Source: Planctomycetota bacterium (GTDB lineage Bacteria > Planctomycetota > UBA1135 > UBA2386). Taken from it: a stretch of 64,000 bases of DNA. The notes beneath the pieces are model-generated. The model did not search any database, was not told the origin of the DNA, and saw only the letters and a list, made by a program, of their open reading frames with translations. The stretch's first letter is position 1; the number at the start of each line of letters is the position of its first letter. The stretch is from positions 7,328,001 through 7,392,000 of the forward strand of contig OZ245006.1 of assembly GCA_965223545.1 (NCBI GenBank), in the 5' to 3' direction. Shown here piece by piece: positions 8,943 through 18,100 of the stretch. The position numbers were made by a program, and so were the translations under genes.

Positions 8943-11621
8943 GTGGCGAACTTCCCGACAGAACCCTGCGATCCGGAGGATGCCGATCCGGCGAGCGCAC
9001 GCTGGGGAGACAACCTGTCCGGGCAGGATGCGGCTCTGCGGCGGTTGGCTGCCTCGCTCGTGCGCGATCAAGAGATCGGTGACGTGGTGCAAGAGACCTG
9101 GGTCTCGGCGATGGAGATGCGCGCCGAGGTTCGGCTTCCCACGGTGTGGTTGGCGAGTGTGCTCCGCTACAAGGCCGCGAGGATGTACCGGTCGGATCGG
9201 CGGCGGCGAGAGGAGCTGGCGGAATGGGCGCATCGCAAGCTCAACGAGGCGCAGGGCGATGACGCGGACGATCGCGAGGGGCAGCTCTCGGCGGCGGTCG
9301 AGCAGCTGCCCGAGCGCTATCGGACACCGCTGGTGCTGCGCCATATCGAGGGTTGGTCGATCGACGAGATCGCGCGTCATCTGGGGAGGCAGCGCAACAC
9401 GGTGCGGAGCCAGCTGGTTCGGGCGGTGAAAATCCTGCGGCGGAAGCTGGCACCGAAGGCGCGACGGCGGTGGGTCGCGCTGCCGGTGTGCAGTTTGGCG
9501 CGCAAGGGTCAGCGGCGGCGCGGGCCCGGGCCGGTGTCTGCGCAGCTGCTGGCTGCAGCGGGGATGGTCCTTGCGCTGGTGGGTGCTTGGACCATCCGGT
9601 GGACGGACAGTTTGCCTCCCGAGCCGCTCGCTCTCGTCGTCGACGGAGCCGAATGCCGACGCCTTGACGAGCCCGGCGTCGAAGCTGGTTTCAACACTGA
9701 GCGGCGCGAAGTCGCACCGGTCGCCACAGTCCGCGGCCGGGTGGTGCGCGATCGGCAGGGCGTCGCCAATGCGACGATTGTGTTCCGCGACGACGGCAGT
9801 GGCCGCAGTCGGGCGATCGCGATGACCGACGGTGCCGGGTACTTCGTCTCCGACAGCGCACCGACGCGGGGTTGGGTCCGCGCGACGTTGCCCTGGGGCG
9901 GTCACACCCGTTGGGTCGCAACGCAGCCCCACCCCGGTAGGACCGTCGAGATCCGCGTTCAGGCAGGTCTCGGCGAGCTGCGGGGCAGGGTGCTGGGTGC
10001 AGCTGGAGAACCGCTCGACGGAGCGCTGGTTGGGATCCACGTTCGGTCGCGCAGTGGTCCGCGGTTTACCGACGGCGAGTGGCACTTGCCGCCGCCGCCG
10101 GTGCGCACGACGACGGACTCTTTGGGCCGGTTCTCGCTCCAGCGTCTCAGCCCGCACCGAGACGTCCTGTTGGTCATGGCGCATGGATATGCGCCCAGAG
10201 TCGTGCCCATCGCCAAACCGTTGGCGGGCGACATCCGTCTACAACGCGCAACGCAGCTGAGCGGACGGGTCGTTTCCGTCGGTGGGCGCGCCGTGGCCGG
10301 GGCGAAGATCTCCGTCGGTCTGCCCTGGCCCGCGGGATCGCGGACCACGCGCTCGGGCGCCGACGGCTGCTTCGTGCTCGATGATCTGCCGGCTGGTCGC
10401 CACTTTCTGCGGGTGACGATGGCCGGTGGCGCGGGTCTCGCCACTACAGTTCGGAGTCCGAGCCTGGCGCCGGTTGTCCTCCGCGCAACGCGCGATCAGT
10501 CGATTGTCGGCGTTGCAACCGACCCCCAAGGACGCGGGCTCGATGGATGGGTGGCGACTCTGCTCTCTGAGGCCGAACTCGAGCAAGCCGGGCGCTTCGC
10601 GCCGCTGATTGTCGAGCAGCGGGCGCGGACGCACACCAGTGCAGATGGTTCGTTCGTGTTTGCCGGGTGCGTGCCGGGCACTTACGTCGTTACGCTGAGT
10701 CGGCCGGGAGCAGCCACACCCTCGGCCTGGCGCGCGAACGTCGCGCCGGGCTCGGTGCCCTGCGAAATCGTGGTTGGTGCCGAGCCCCGAGCGGGCGTCT
10801 CGGGTCGGCTTGCCGGGATCCAGCCGGGCGACCGCGCCGAGATCCGGGTTCCGTCGGTCGGATGGTCGCAGGACATTACCATCGACCCGGCACAGCGCTT
10901 CGAGGTGCACGACGTTCCACCGGGTACATGCGAGATCTGGGTCTGGCCGCCCGCGAGTCCGCCGCGCCGCCTCCTCCGGCGCACGTTGCTCGCGGGCGAG
11001 TCTGCGGAATTGGGTGCGCTCGTCCCGCCGCGTCCCGGTCAGTTGGAGATCCAGCTCGCTGCACCGCAAGCGGAGTTGCTGGCCAATGTCTCCGTCATCT
11101 TGCGGGGGGATTACGTCCGGTTGGCCCACACACCGCATGGCACGCGCGGCATCCGCTACGACGGCAACGGGCGGGTGACCGCCAACAACCTCGTGCCCGG
11201 GACCTACGAGCTGCGGTTGCGCTGCCCCGGTTTCGTCGACCTCTACCAGAGTATCGAGATCCAATCGGGTGCGACCACGACCCTGCGCCACGAGCTCGAA
11301 CGGGGTCGAGACGTCGCTGTGCGTGTGTCCGGTCTACGGTGGCTCCTGCCTCGCGAGCCCTACACTCTGGCGGTGGTCGATCGCCGCGGTTGCGAGTTGC
11401 TGGCCGGGCGCGAGTTCTACTACGACGGCGTGGATGCGTTCTCCCTCCGTGTCTGCGTGCCGGTCTCGGCAACTGCTGTCGTGGTCCGCTCGGCGACGCG
11501 GATGGCCCGCGGTCGCATCGACGAGGCGATGGGACAACTCGCAGAGGTCAATCTCGAGCTCGAGCCGATCTTGAAGGGCGGCGGTCAGGGCACGCACAGT
11601 CGGGTGCCCGCGGCGAACTGA
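8943..11621 (+). CDS. ECF sigma-70 factor fused to a TM helix and carboxypeptidase-regulatory-like domains
   Basis: Region 2 (LRRLAASLVRDQEIGDVVQETW), region 4 (LPERYRTPLVLRHIEGWSIDEIARHLG...TVRSQLVRA), TM helix, repeated GRV..G.P..GA...TD..G.F units. Start uncertain. Confidence 0.9.
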   Translation: MANFPTEPCDPEDADPASARWGDNLSGQDAALRRLAASLVRDQEIGDVVQETWVSAMEMRAEVRLPTVWLASVLRYKAARMYRSDRRRREELAEWAHRKLNEAQGDDADDREGQLSAAVEQLPERYRTPLVLRHIEGWSIDEIARHLGRQRNTVRSQLVRAVKILRRKLAPKARRRWVALPVCSLARKGQRRRGPGPVSAQLLAAAGMVLALVGAWTIRWTDSLPPEPLALVVDGAECRRLDEPGVEAGFNTERREVAPVATVRGRVVRDRQGVANATIVFRDDGSGRSRAIAMTDGAGYFVSDSAPTRGWVRATLPWGGHTRWVATQPHPGRTVEIRVQAGLGELRGRVLGAAGEPLDGALVGIHVRSRSGPRFTDGEWHLPPPPVRTTTDSLGRFSLQRLSPHRDVLLVMAHGYAPRVVPIAKPLAGDIRLQRATQLSGRVVSVGGRAVAGAKISVGLPWPAGSRTTRSGADGCFVLDDLPAGRHFLRVTMAGGAGLATTVRSPSLAPVVLRATRDQSIVGVATDPQGRGLDGWVATLLSEAELEQAGRFAPLIVEQRARTHTSADGSFVFAGCVPGTYVVTLSRPGAATPSAWRANVAPGSVPCEIVVGAEPRAGVSGRLAGIQPGDRAEIRVPSVGWSQDITIDPAQRFEVHDVPPGTCEIWVWPPASPPRRLLRRTLLAGESAELGALVPPRPGQLEIQLAAPQAELLANVSVILRGDYVRLAHTPHGTRGIRYDGNGRVTANNLVPGTYELRLRCPGFVDLYQSIEIQSGATTTLRHELERGRDVAVRVSGLRWLLPREPYTLAVVDRRGCELLAGREFYYDGVDAFSLRVCVPVSATAVVVRSATRMARGRIDEAMGQLAEVNLELEPILKGGGQGTHSRVPAAN

Positions 11622-11668
11622 CATGGCGCCGTGGATCGATTGCGGTCATCGATTGCGGTCCCTGAGCG

Positions 11669-11764
11669 TCCGGCGCCTCGAATCGTCGAGCTGCGACAAC
11701 ATTTTCAAGGCAACGCCGCTGCCATGGCGACAACGCGGCCGCGCCGGAGGCTCGGAGAGACAGT
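11669..11764 (+). repeat. 96-bp dispersed palindromic element, copy 1 (MITE-like)
   Basis: 87/96 identical by manual alignment to the reverse complement of 27297-27392. Confidence 0.85.
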
Positions 11765-11908
11765 TCGTGACCGATTCATCTCTCGGCGTGACTCCGGGCC
11801 TTTGACGCGTGCTCGACTTGGCAAGTGATCGGGCATCGAACGCCGACCGGATTTTTTCGCGTCCGGTGTGTGCGGTTCAGGCACCTACAACCCTGACCGG
11901 AGTCGTTC

Positions 11909-12598
11909 ATGCCCTCATCGATCGCGTCCTTGTTCTTGGCCGTCCTTGGCGTCTGCAGTAGCGCCCTTCTCCCAAACTCCTTCGATGGCGGGCGGTGTAC
12001 CGCAACGCGGTCGGCCGAAGTCTCGGCGACCAGGTTGGCCGAGAGCCAACGAGGGTGGGCGCGGCAAACGCAACCCGCCCTGGCCAACATCGAGCCCTTG
12101 GTCGGCCGAAGCAGGGCGCACGAAAGGGAGTCCCGACCGCCACGTGGAGTCTCCACGTTGATTCCGCAAGCAACCGTTTGTCCGACGTCGCCCACCACCT
12201 GCCCGCTCGCGGAGACCCTGTGCCCGTTTGCGAACACGGTGTGTCCAGTCCAAACCACGGTCTGCCATCCGACTCAGTGTCCGGTGGTCACCACGGTATG
12301 CCCTGAGAGCGCGACGATTTGCGAGTTCACCGTGTGTCCGCAGTCGTCGACCAGTTGCCCGACCGTGCCCACGGTGTGCCCGATCGAGGCGACGGTCTGC
12401 GCGCCGACAACTTGCAACTTCGTCATCACGTATTGCCCGCGCAGCTACACCAGATGTCCGAAATGCACTGAAGTGGCCAGTTCCGTGCCGGTGCGCGAGC
12501 TCGCGCCTTCCGATCGACGATCGCAAATCGCAACCGTCGGCGACGCGGTGGCGGCGCTCGATGGTCTCGTGCCGGCTACATCCGACCCAACGGAATAG
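11909..12598 (+). CDS. Secreted Cys/Thr-rich T-x-C-P repeat protein 1
   Basis: Hydrophobic N-terminus; 15 T-x-C units at 12173-12466 ending CPKC. Confidence 0.85.
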   Translation: MPSSIASLFLAVLGVCSSALLPNSFDGGRCTATRSAEVSATRLAESQRGWARQTQPALANIEPLVGRSRAHERESRPPRGVSTLIPQATVCPTSPTTCPLAETLCPFANTVCPVQTTVCHPTQCPVVTTVCPESATICEFTVCPQSSTSCPTVPTVCPIEATVCAPTTCNFVITYCPRSYTRCPKCTEVASSVPVRELAPSDRRSQIATVGDAVAALDGLVPATSDPTE

Positions 12599-12618
12599 TG
12601 ACCACGAGGTCCCATCCC

Positions 12619-13371
12619 ATGAAATCTCTTTGGATCATGCCGCTTGCGGCCGCACTCTTGCTGCCCGCCGCCGATCCGAGCACGGGCCCGGACCTCGACG
12701 GCTCAGAGATCGTCTGTGGTTGTCCGCTCGCGCAACAGCTGCTCACGACCGCGACGCAGCGTTGGCTCGTCGAACGGCGGACGGAGTTGGCGTCGCCAGC
12801 CGAGGTTGGTGAACGAGTCGATCTCTCGGCGCAGTCCTCCGATTCGCACGAGACGTTCCAGGCCATGCCGGCGACCCAGGGGCCGTCGACCCAATGTCCG
12901 GTAGAGACTCAATGCCCCATAAGCTCGACGTTTTGTCCAACGCGAGTGACCTACTGCCCGCAGGCCGAGACCGTTTGTCAAGAAACCCACTGTGCAACGG
13001 TCACCACGCGCTGCCCAACGGTCCCGACGGTGTGTGAGCACACGGTGTGTCCGGTCTCGCCGACGGTTTGTCCTCAGCTGGCAACGGCATGCCCCTACGT
13101 GAGCACGAAGTGCCCTATCTCGACAACCTACTGCCCGACCCTTGCGACGCAATGCCCGCAGAGGACGACGTATTGCCCCGCGGAGGAGACACGGTGTCCG
13201 GTGATCCAGTCGCTGTGTCAATGCGAACTGGCGTCGCCGTCGGTCGACGGATCATCATCGCTCGCCTCTGACCTGTCGAAGTCCGTCGAGCGTTGGCCAC
13301 CGAGACACCCGGAATGGCGGCTTTCGGATCCAACGGAAGCCATCGAGACGATGTTCTATGTCGGTCGCTAA
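12619..13371 (+). CDS. Secreted Cys/Thr-rich T-x-C-P repeat protein 2
   Basis: GAGGT RBS; signal peptide MKSLWIMPLAAALLLPAA; 17 (T/S)-x-C units at 12889-13224 ending CQC. Confidence 0.88.
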   Translation: MKSLWIMPLAAALLLPAADPSTGPDLDGSEIVCGCPLAQQLLTTATQRWLVERRTELASPAEVGERVDLSAQSSDSHETFQAMPATQGPSTQCPVETQCPISSTFCPTRVTYCPQAETVCQETHCATVTTRCPTVPTVCEHTVCPVSPTVCPQLATACPYVSTKCPISTTYCPTLATQCPQRTTYCPAEETRCPVIQSLCQCELASPSVDGSSSLASDLSKSVERWPPRHPEWRLSDPTEAIETMFYVGR

Positions 13372-13490
13372 AGACCGCTCGAACGGCTGCACGAGGGTGC
13401 GGGTCGAGCGGTCCTCGATCGACCCGCGGCGCGCGACGCGACTCGGCTGTGCGGCTGCTCGAATCGTGCCATAACCGCGCCCGCAGAGAG

Positions 13491-15734
13491 ATGATGCTCG
13501 CCACGGCACGCGGACTTTCTCGCGCATGCTCGTGCCTGCTGACGCTGTCGTCCGCCGGCCTGTTCCACGGTTCGGTCGCCAACGCGCAGGCGCCGATTGG
13601 TCCAACGTCTTGGCCGATCCTCGGCAGCCAAACCCAGCGTTGGTCCATGGATCTGCCCGTGGCGATCCACCAGCTTCGTGGAGCCGTCCGCTTCGTCGAC
13701 GGCGGCGAGCGCGCATCGAGGAGCGAGGCTTTACGGCTGCATGTGCTTGGTTCGGCCAGTGCGCTCTACGAGGTGGTCCACTCGGCAGGCTTTCTCAGCG
13801 AGGGGTTCACCGAGTTCTATGGAATCGAGGCAGGTAGGCGGCCTTGCTACCTGCGCCGAGGGGATGAGACCAGCGGTTTGCTTTGGCTGGATGTCGCCGC
13901 GCACGAAGTGATCGAGTGGCCGACACCGCCGCTCCTGCCGTGTCGGCTGCGGCGCTTGGAGTTGCGGGGGCCCTCGGAGTTGGCGCTGAGCGGGGCAACC
14001 GTCCTACTCGAGTACGACGGCTTCGCAATTCCGCGACCATGGCTCGGCGAGCCCATCGTCCTGGAATCACCCCTCGATCAGCCAGCGACCGTGCGCGTGC
14101 GGTTGCCCGCCACCGGCGGTGGGACGGTGGCTCGATTCGGGACCACCGCAAGCGTGCTGCCGGGGCCTGAGCCCATTGTGATCGCGGTCGACGGCGGCGG
14201 CCGCTCGATCCGCCTCGGGTCGAGCCCGACGCAAAGCGCCTCGACGCCAGCCTCGATTCGTTATCGCCTGTCGATCGAACCCGTGGCGAGCGCCCTCGAA
14301 CGCATGGTCGGTGCACCCGTCCGCCTGTTGGCGGCGGTGGACCCTCTGCAGTTTCGCTCACCACCGCGTTCGCACACTTGGGTCGAGGGCGGGTCGACGA
14401 CCGATCTACGCATCGACGGCCTTGCCGCGGACAAGGCGTGGCTCGGGGTGGGGACCGACCACCGCTGCCGCGCGATGCTCTGGCGCCAGCAGCCGAAGAC
14501 GGTCACCGAGGTGCACTTGGAACCCGCGTCCATCGCCAAGGGCGCCGCCGAGCTGATGGTCTTGCCGCCGTGGATGCGCACCATCGATTTGGACTCACCC
14601 GTGGGCCCTGGTCCACGCCGTGTGATCTCTGGGGCGCCGAGTCAGCTGTGGACCGGTGGGCCTGGGTTTCGCGACGCGCGCCGCCTGCTCGGGTGGCGGA
14701 ACGGTGATGGCTTGGAGGTCGAGCTGCCCGTCGCGATCCCGGTTCTGCCGCACCCACAACTGGGTCCGGACGACGAGCTGACCGTGCGCGTGCGGGCCTT
14801 TGGCGTGGCGGTCCACCACGGCGAGCGCTTCTATTGGCGGCAGCGTGCCCCCTTCGATGGCACTTGGCCCGAGATGCCCGACGGGCTTCTCGACGCTGTG
14901 GTGCGGCGGCGGGGACGCGGCGTCAAGGTCCTGCGCGGTGTGCTGGTCGATGGTGTCCTGCTCAAGCCGTTCGCCCGCTGGCGCGACGTGGGCGCGGTGC
15001 AACCCGAGACCGAGGGCGTGACGGTCGTGGGCCCCGACGGCCGACCAGTCGTCGGCGCAACCTTGCTCGATGCCAATGGCGAGGCCGTCGGGACGACGGA
15101 CGAGGACGGGCGGTGCTCGCTATCAGCGGCGCTCCAGGGCCGCGAGCCCGGGGTCGTTGCGGTCCTGCCGCCATGGGGTGGGTTTGCGCAGCGGCACACC
15201 GTCGACGTGAACGGATCGACGCTTCATCTAGAACGCCCGGAGCCAAACCACACCTGGGAGAACCTGCAGCGCGTTCTTGGAGTCGACCTCGAGTCGGTGG
15301 GCATCCACAGTGTCAGGCTGTGGCGGATTGGCTCGGGCGAGAGTGCGAACCTGTCGATCCAGCACCCCGCCACGCTTTCCCAAGGCGAGCCCGTCGAGTT
15401 TGCGGGCAACGCGCCCGGGGTGCGGACGTGGGGTTGGTTCCGCGCGCCCTCGGCCACCGTTGGCCCGACGGTTGGCGCCGGCCGTGCGGAACTCGTCCTC
15501 GCCAACCGCTCCGCGTCGCGGTTTGTGCACGTTTCGTTGGCGCGCTGTGAGCTGCGCCTGGAGATCGGAGCGCGCCGTCAGCAGCGGTTGTCGATCAGAG
15601 CGCCGGCATCGATCTCGGTGGTCTCGGCCGTGGAGAAGAGCACGAGTTCAGAAGAGCTACTGTTGGACGAGGTCGTCCGCGCGGACCTGGCCGACAAGGA
15701 TGTTCTGGTCATTACCTTCGGCGAGAGTTGGTAG
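13491..15734 (+). CDS. Secreted hypothetical protein with one carboxypeptidase-regulatory-like unit
   Basis: Signal-like N-terminus ending ANA-Q; VTVVGPDGRPVVGATL...TTDEDGR; overlaps the next gene. Confidence 0.7.
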   Translation: MMLATARGLSRACSCLLTLSSAGLFHGSVANAQAPIGPTSWPILGSQTQRWSMDLPVAIHQLRGAVRFVDGGERASRSEALRLHVLGSASALYEVVHSAGFLSEGFTEFYGIEAGRRPCYLRRGDETSGLLWLDVAAHEVIEWPTPPLLPCRLRRLELRGPSELALSGATVLLEYDGFAIPRPWLGEPIVLESPLDQPATVRVRLPATGGGTVARFGTTASVLPGPEPIVIAVDGGGRSIRLGSSPTQSASTPASIRYRLSIEPVASALERMVGAPVRLLAAVDPLQFRSPPRSHTWVEGGSTTDLRIDGLAADKAWLGVGTDHRCRAMLWRQQPKTVTEVHLEPASIAKGAAELMVLPPWMRTIDLDSPVGPGPRRVISGAPSQLWTGGPGFRDARRLLGWRNGDGLEVELPVAIPVLPHPQLGPDDELTVRVRAFGVAVHHGERFYWRQRAPFDGTWPEMPDGLLDAVVRRRGRGVKVLRGVLVDGVLLKPFARWRDVGAVQPETEGVTVVGPDGRPVVGATLLDANGEAVGTTDEDGRCSLSAALQGREPGVVAVLPPWGGFAQRHTVDVNGSTLHLERPEPNHTWENLQRVLGVDLESVGIHSVRLWRIGSGESANLSIQHPATLSQGEPVEFAGNAPGVRTWGWFRAPSATVGPTVGAGRAELVLANRSASRFVHVSLARCELRLEIGARRQQRLSIRAPASISVVSAVEKSTSSEELLLDEVVRADLADKDVLVITFGESW

Positions 15735-18100
15735 TGTCAGCGAGGCACGAGCGGAGGGCTGGAGTTACCGCCCCCGGCCGCACTCCATCGCGGACCGCGC
15801 TCGTGGCGACGAGCGCGTTCGGCCTGCTGCTGAGCGGCGCACACGGTTGGTACCCGGCGATGCTGCAGCCGTTGCTGCTGCTGGTTGCGGGCGGCATCTC
15901 CGTTGCCAGCATCGCGGGCTCCGATCGTCGCTCGCAGCTGCTCGGATCCGTGCTGCTTATCCTGGGCGTGATCGGCAGACAACTGCTGTCCACTGATCTC
16001 GTGGCGGTGCTGGGATTGGCCGGAGCGCATGCCTTGGTGCGGCAACCGACCATTTGTCGGGGGCTGTTGGGCCTGATGATCCTGTGTCTCGTGCTGACGA
16101 CGCGCGTCGGCTACTACGCAGAGGTCGGGCTGGCGCAGTGGATCTCGATGGTCGCGGCGATCGGCTCTGGCGCCGACGTCTCGCTGGGACCGGTCTACAG
16201 CGGTGCTCGTATGGCCGTCGTGTTGATCACGATCGTGGCAATTGCAGCTCCGACTGCGCGCGGGAGGCAGGTCGGACGCATCCTGCTGCTGCTCGCAGCC
16301 GCGGTCGCCGGAGCCGTGCTGGTCTCGTGGGCGGCGAGCGTCTTGCCGCCGTTCGGATCGAGTCCGTCGGCGAGTCTACGCAGCTCGGTGGTCGCCGCGC
16401 AGCTGCCATGGGTCCATTCGGTCTGCGGTCTCGCGATCGTCACCGCGCTTGCAGCGCGGGCACGCCCGCGCCCAAACCCCCACCCGTCCCCAAGGTTCGT
16501 GGCCGCGTTGCCAGTTCTCGCTGCCGGTGCTCTGCTTCTCAGTCTTCCGCCGGTGGGCCTGCCTGCTGCGCGTCATGTCACGTTCTATCGGCCTGGGTTC
16601 TCCAACTGGGACCTGCCGCGGGCGGACCTGTCCGGCGCTGGCCCCTACAGCACCGGAATGCTCGGCTCTCTGCCGATGTTTGCGCGCGCCCTGGGCTTGC
16701 GGAGCGATCTCGTCGATGACATCGACGCAGAGGTTCTGGCGACGACACAGATCCTGGTCCTCGTCAATCAGAACGAGCCGATGACGGGCGGTTCCGATGT
16801 CGCGATCGAGGCGTGGGTCCGCGCCGGGGGGCACTTGGTGGTCGTGACGGACCACACCTTTCTCCATCCGAGTGAGGATGGCCATCGCATCCACGGCAAC
16901 GACCCGATCGCGGCCACCGGGATCCGGATCGAGAACAACTCGGCGGATCACCTGACCGCGGCCAACTTTGACGGCACCGTGGCTTTTGGATTCGCCCAAC
17001 CGCTCGACTGCGTGCCCGGCAACCCGCACATGCCGATCATCGGCGCAGGTCTTGCGCTTCGTTGGCCGGCGACGCCGCTCGTGATCGGGCGTTACGGCTA
17101 TGAAGATCTCGGCCGGATTCCCACCGCCGTCTCCGACGACGCGATTGGCGACCTGACTTGGAACCCCGGCGAGCACCTCGGCGGAGTCGTTCTGATCGCA
17201 GCTCAGCAGCTCGGCCACGGCAGGGTCAGTGTCGTTGGCGACACGACTGGCTTCCACAACATCGCCCGCACCAGCACCTGGCGCGTGGTCGGTGACTTTC
17301 TGTTGGGGCGAGCGCACGGTGGTCCTGGGCCGGCCGCAGTCGCCGCGGCGGTGCTGCTGTTGCTTGGGATCGTGATTTGGCGGCGCCGGGGACCGACCCA
17401 GAGGACGGCGATGCTCATGGCCACTGCGCTCACTGGGGTTGCGGTGCTGTCCAACGCGAGCAACGCCCCGGTGGTCGCAACCGATCCTGCGCAGCCGCTG
17501 TTGGTGCTTGACACCGCGGTGTCACCTTCGGGACCGCGCGGCGATTGGAGCCCGGAAGGACACTTGACGGTGATCTCGACCGCGCTCCGCTCGGGGTTCC
17601 TGCCGCTGTTTACGAACACCAAAGACGGCATTCCCGACGGAACTCGATGCATCATCCTGTCGCAGCCCAGGGCCGATCCCGGTCGCGAGTGGGCGGCCAA
17701 CCTGCTGCGCTGGGTCGAAGCTGGAGGACATCTGCTGATTGCGGCCGGCTACGAGGAGCAAGCGGCGATGGCGGGTCTGTTTTCCAGGATTCACTGCCGC
17801 GTCGATCCCCTGGTTGTCGCACCGAACATCGTGAATGTCCGTGATCGCGTTGGCGAGGTCGTCGACGTCCGATTGCCCGAGTCCTGGAACCTGTCGTTGG
17901 GTGAAGGCGGTTGGTCGCGCGTTCTGTTCGACGCCGAGACGACCACCATGGCGCAACGCCAACTCGGCGAGGGCCTCGTCACCGTCGTGACGGATGCGAC
18001 GTTCTTTCAGAACCGCTACCAGGAGTCAGAGGAGTTGATCGTCGAGGGCAACCTGCGCTTCACCATGTCGCTGCTGACGAACGGAGTGGAGCTGCGGTGA
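15728..18100 (+). CDS. Polytopic membrane protein with two DUF4350/GATase1-like soluble domains
   Basis: Many N-terminal TM helices; ILVLVNQ...WVRAGGHLVVVTDHT; GHGRVSVVGDT; second copy WVEAGGHLLIAAG...GEGLVTVVTD. Confidence 0.8.
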   Translation: MVVSARHERRAGVTAPGRTPSRTALVATSAFGLLLSGAHGWYPAMLQPLLLLVAGGISVASIAGSDRRSQLLGSVLLILGVIGRQLLSTDLVAVLGLAGAHALVRQPTICRGLLGLMILCLVLTTRVGYYAEVGLAQWISMVAAIGSGADVSLGPVYSGARMAVVLITIVAIAAPTARGRQVGRILLLLAAAVAGAVLVSWAASVLPPFGSSPSASLRSSVVAAQLPWVHSVCGLAIVTALAARARPRPNPHPSPRFVAALPVLAAGALLLSLPPVGLPAARHVTFYRPGFSNWDLPRADLSGAGPYSTGMLGSLPMFARALGLRSDLVDDIDAEVLATTQILVLVNQNEPMTGGSDVAIEAWVRAGGHLVVVTDHTFLHPSEDGHRIHGNDPIAATGIRIENNSADHLTAANFDGTVAFGFAQPLDCVPGNPHMPIIGAGLALRWPATPLVIGRYGYEDLGRIPTAVSDDAIGDLTWNPGEHLGGVVLIAAQQLGHGRVSVVGDTTGFHNIARTSTWRVVGDFLLGRAHGGPGPAAVAAAVLLLLGIVIWRRRGPTQRTAMLMATALTGVAVLSNASNAPVVATDPAQPLLVLDTAVSPSGPRGDWSPEGHLTVISTALRSGFLPLFTNTKDGIPDGTRCIILSQPRADPGREWAANLLRWVEAGGHLLIAAGYEEQAAMAGLFSRIHCRVDPLVVAPNIVNVRDRVGEVVDVRLPESWNLSLGEGGWSRVLFDAETTTMAQRQLGEGLVTVVTDATFFQNRYQESEELIVEGNLRFTMSLLTNGVELR

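Noticed and set aside
12142..12158. Palindrome ACGTGGAG-T-CTCCACGT
   Set aside because: Single occurrence inside a CDS with no supporting context.
11909..13371. TxCP proteins as direct substrates of the LanL at 34 kb
   Set aside because: They have Sec-type signal peptides, lie over 20 kb away, and LanL has its own adjacent precursor. Kept only as a minor alternative.
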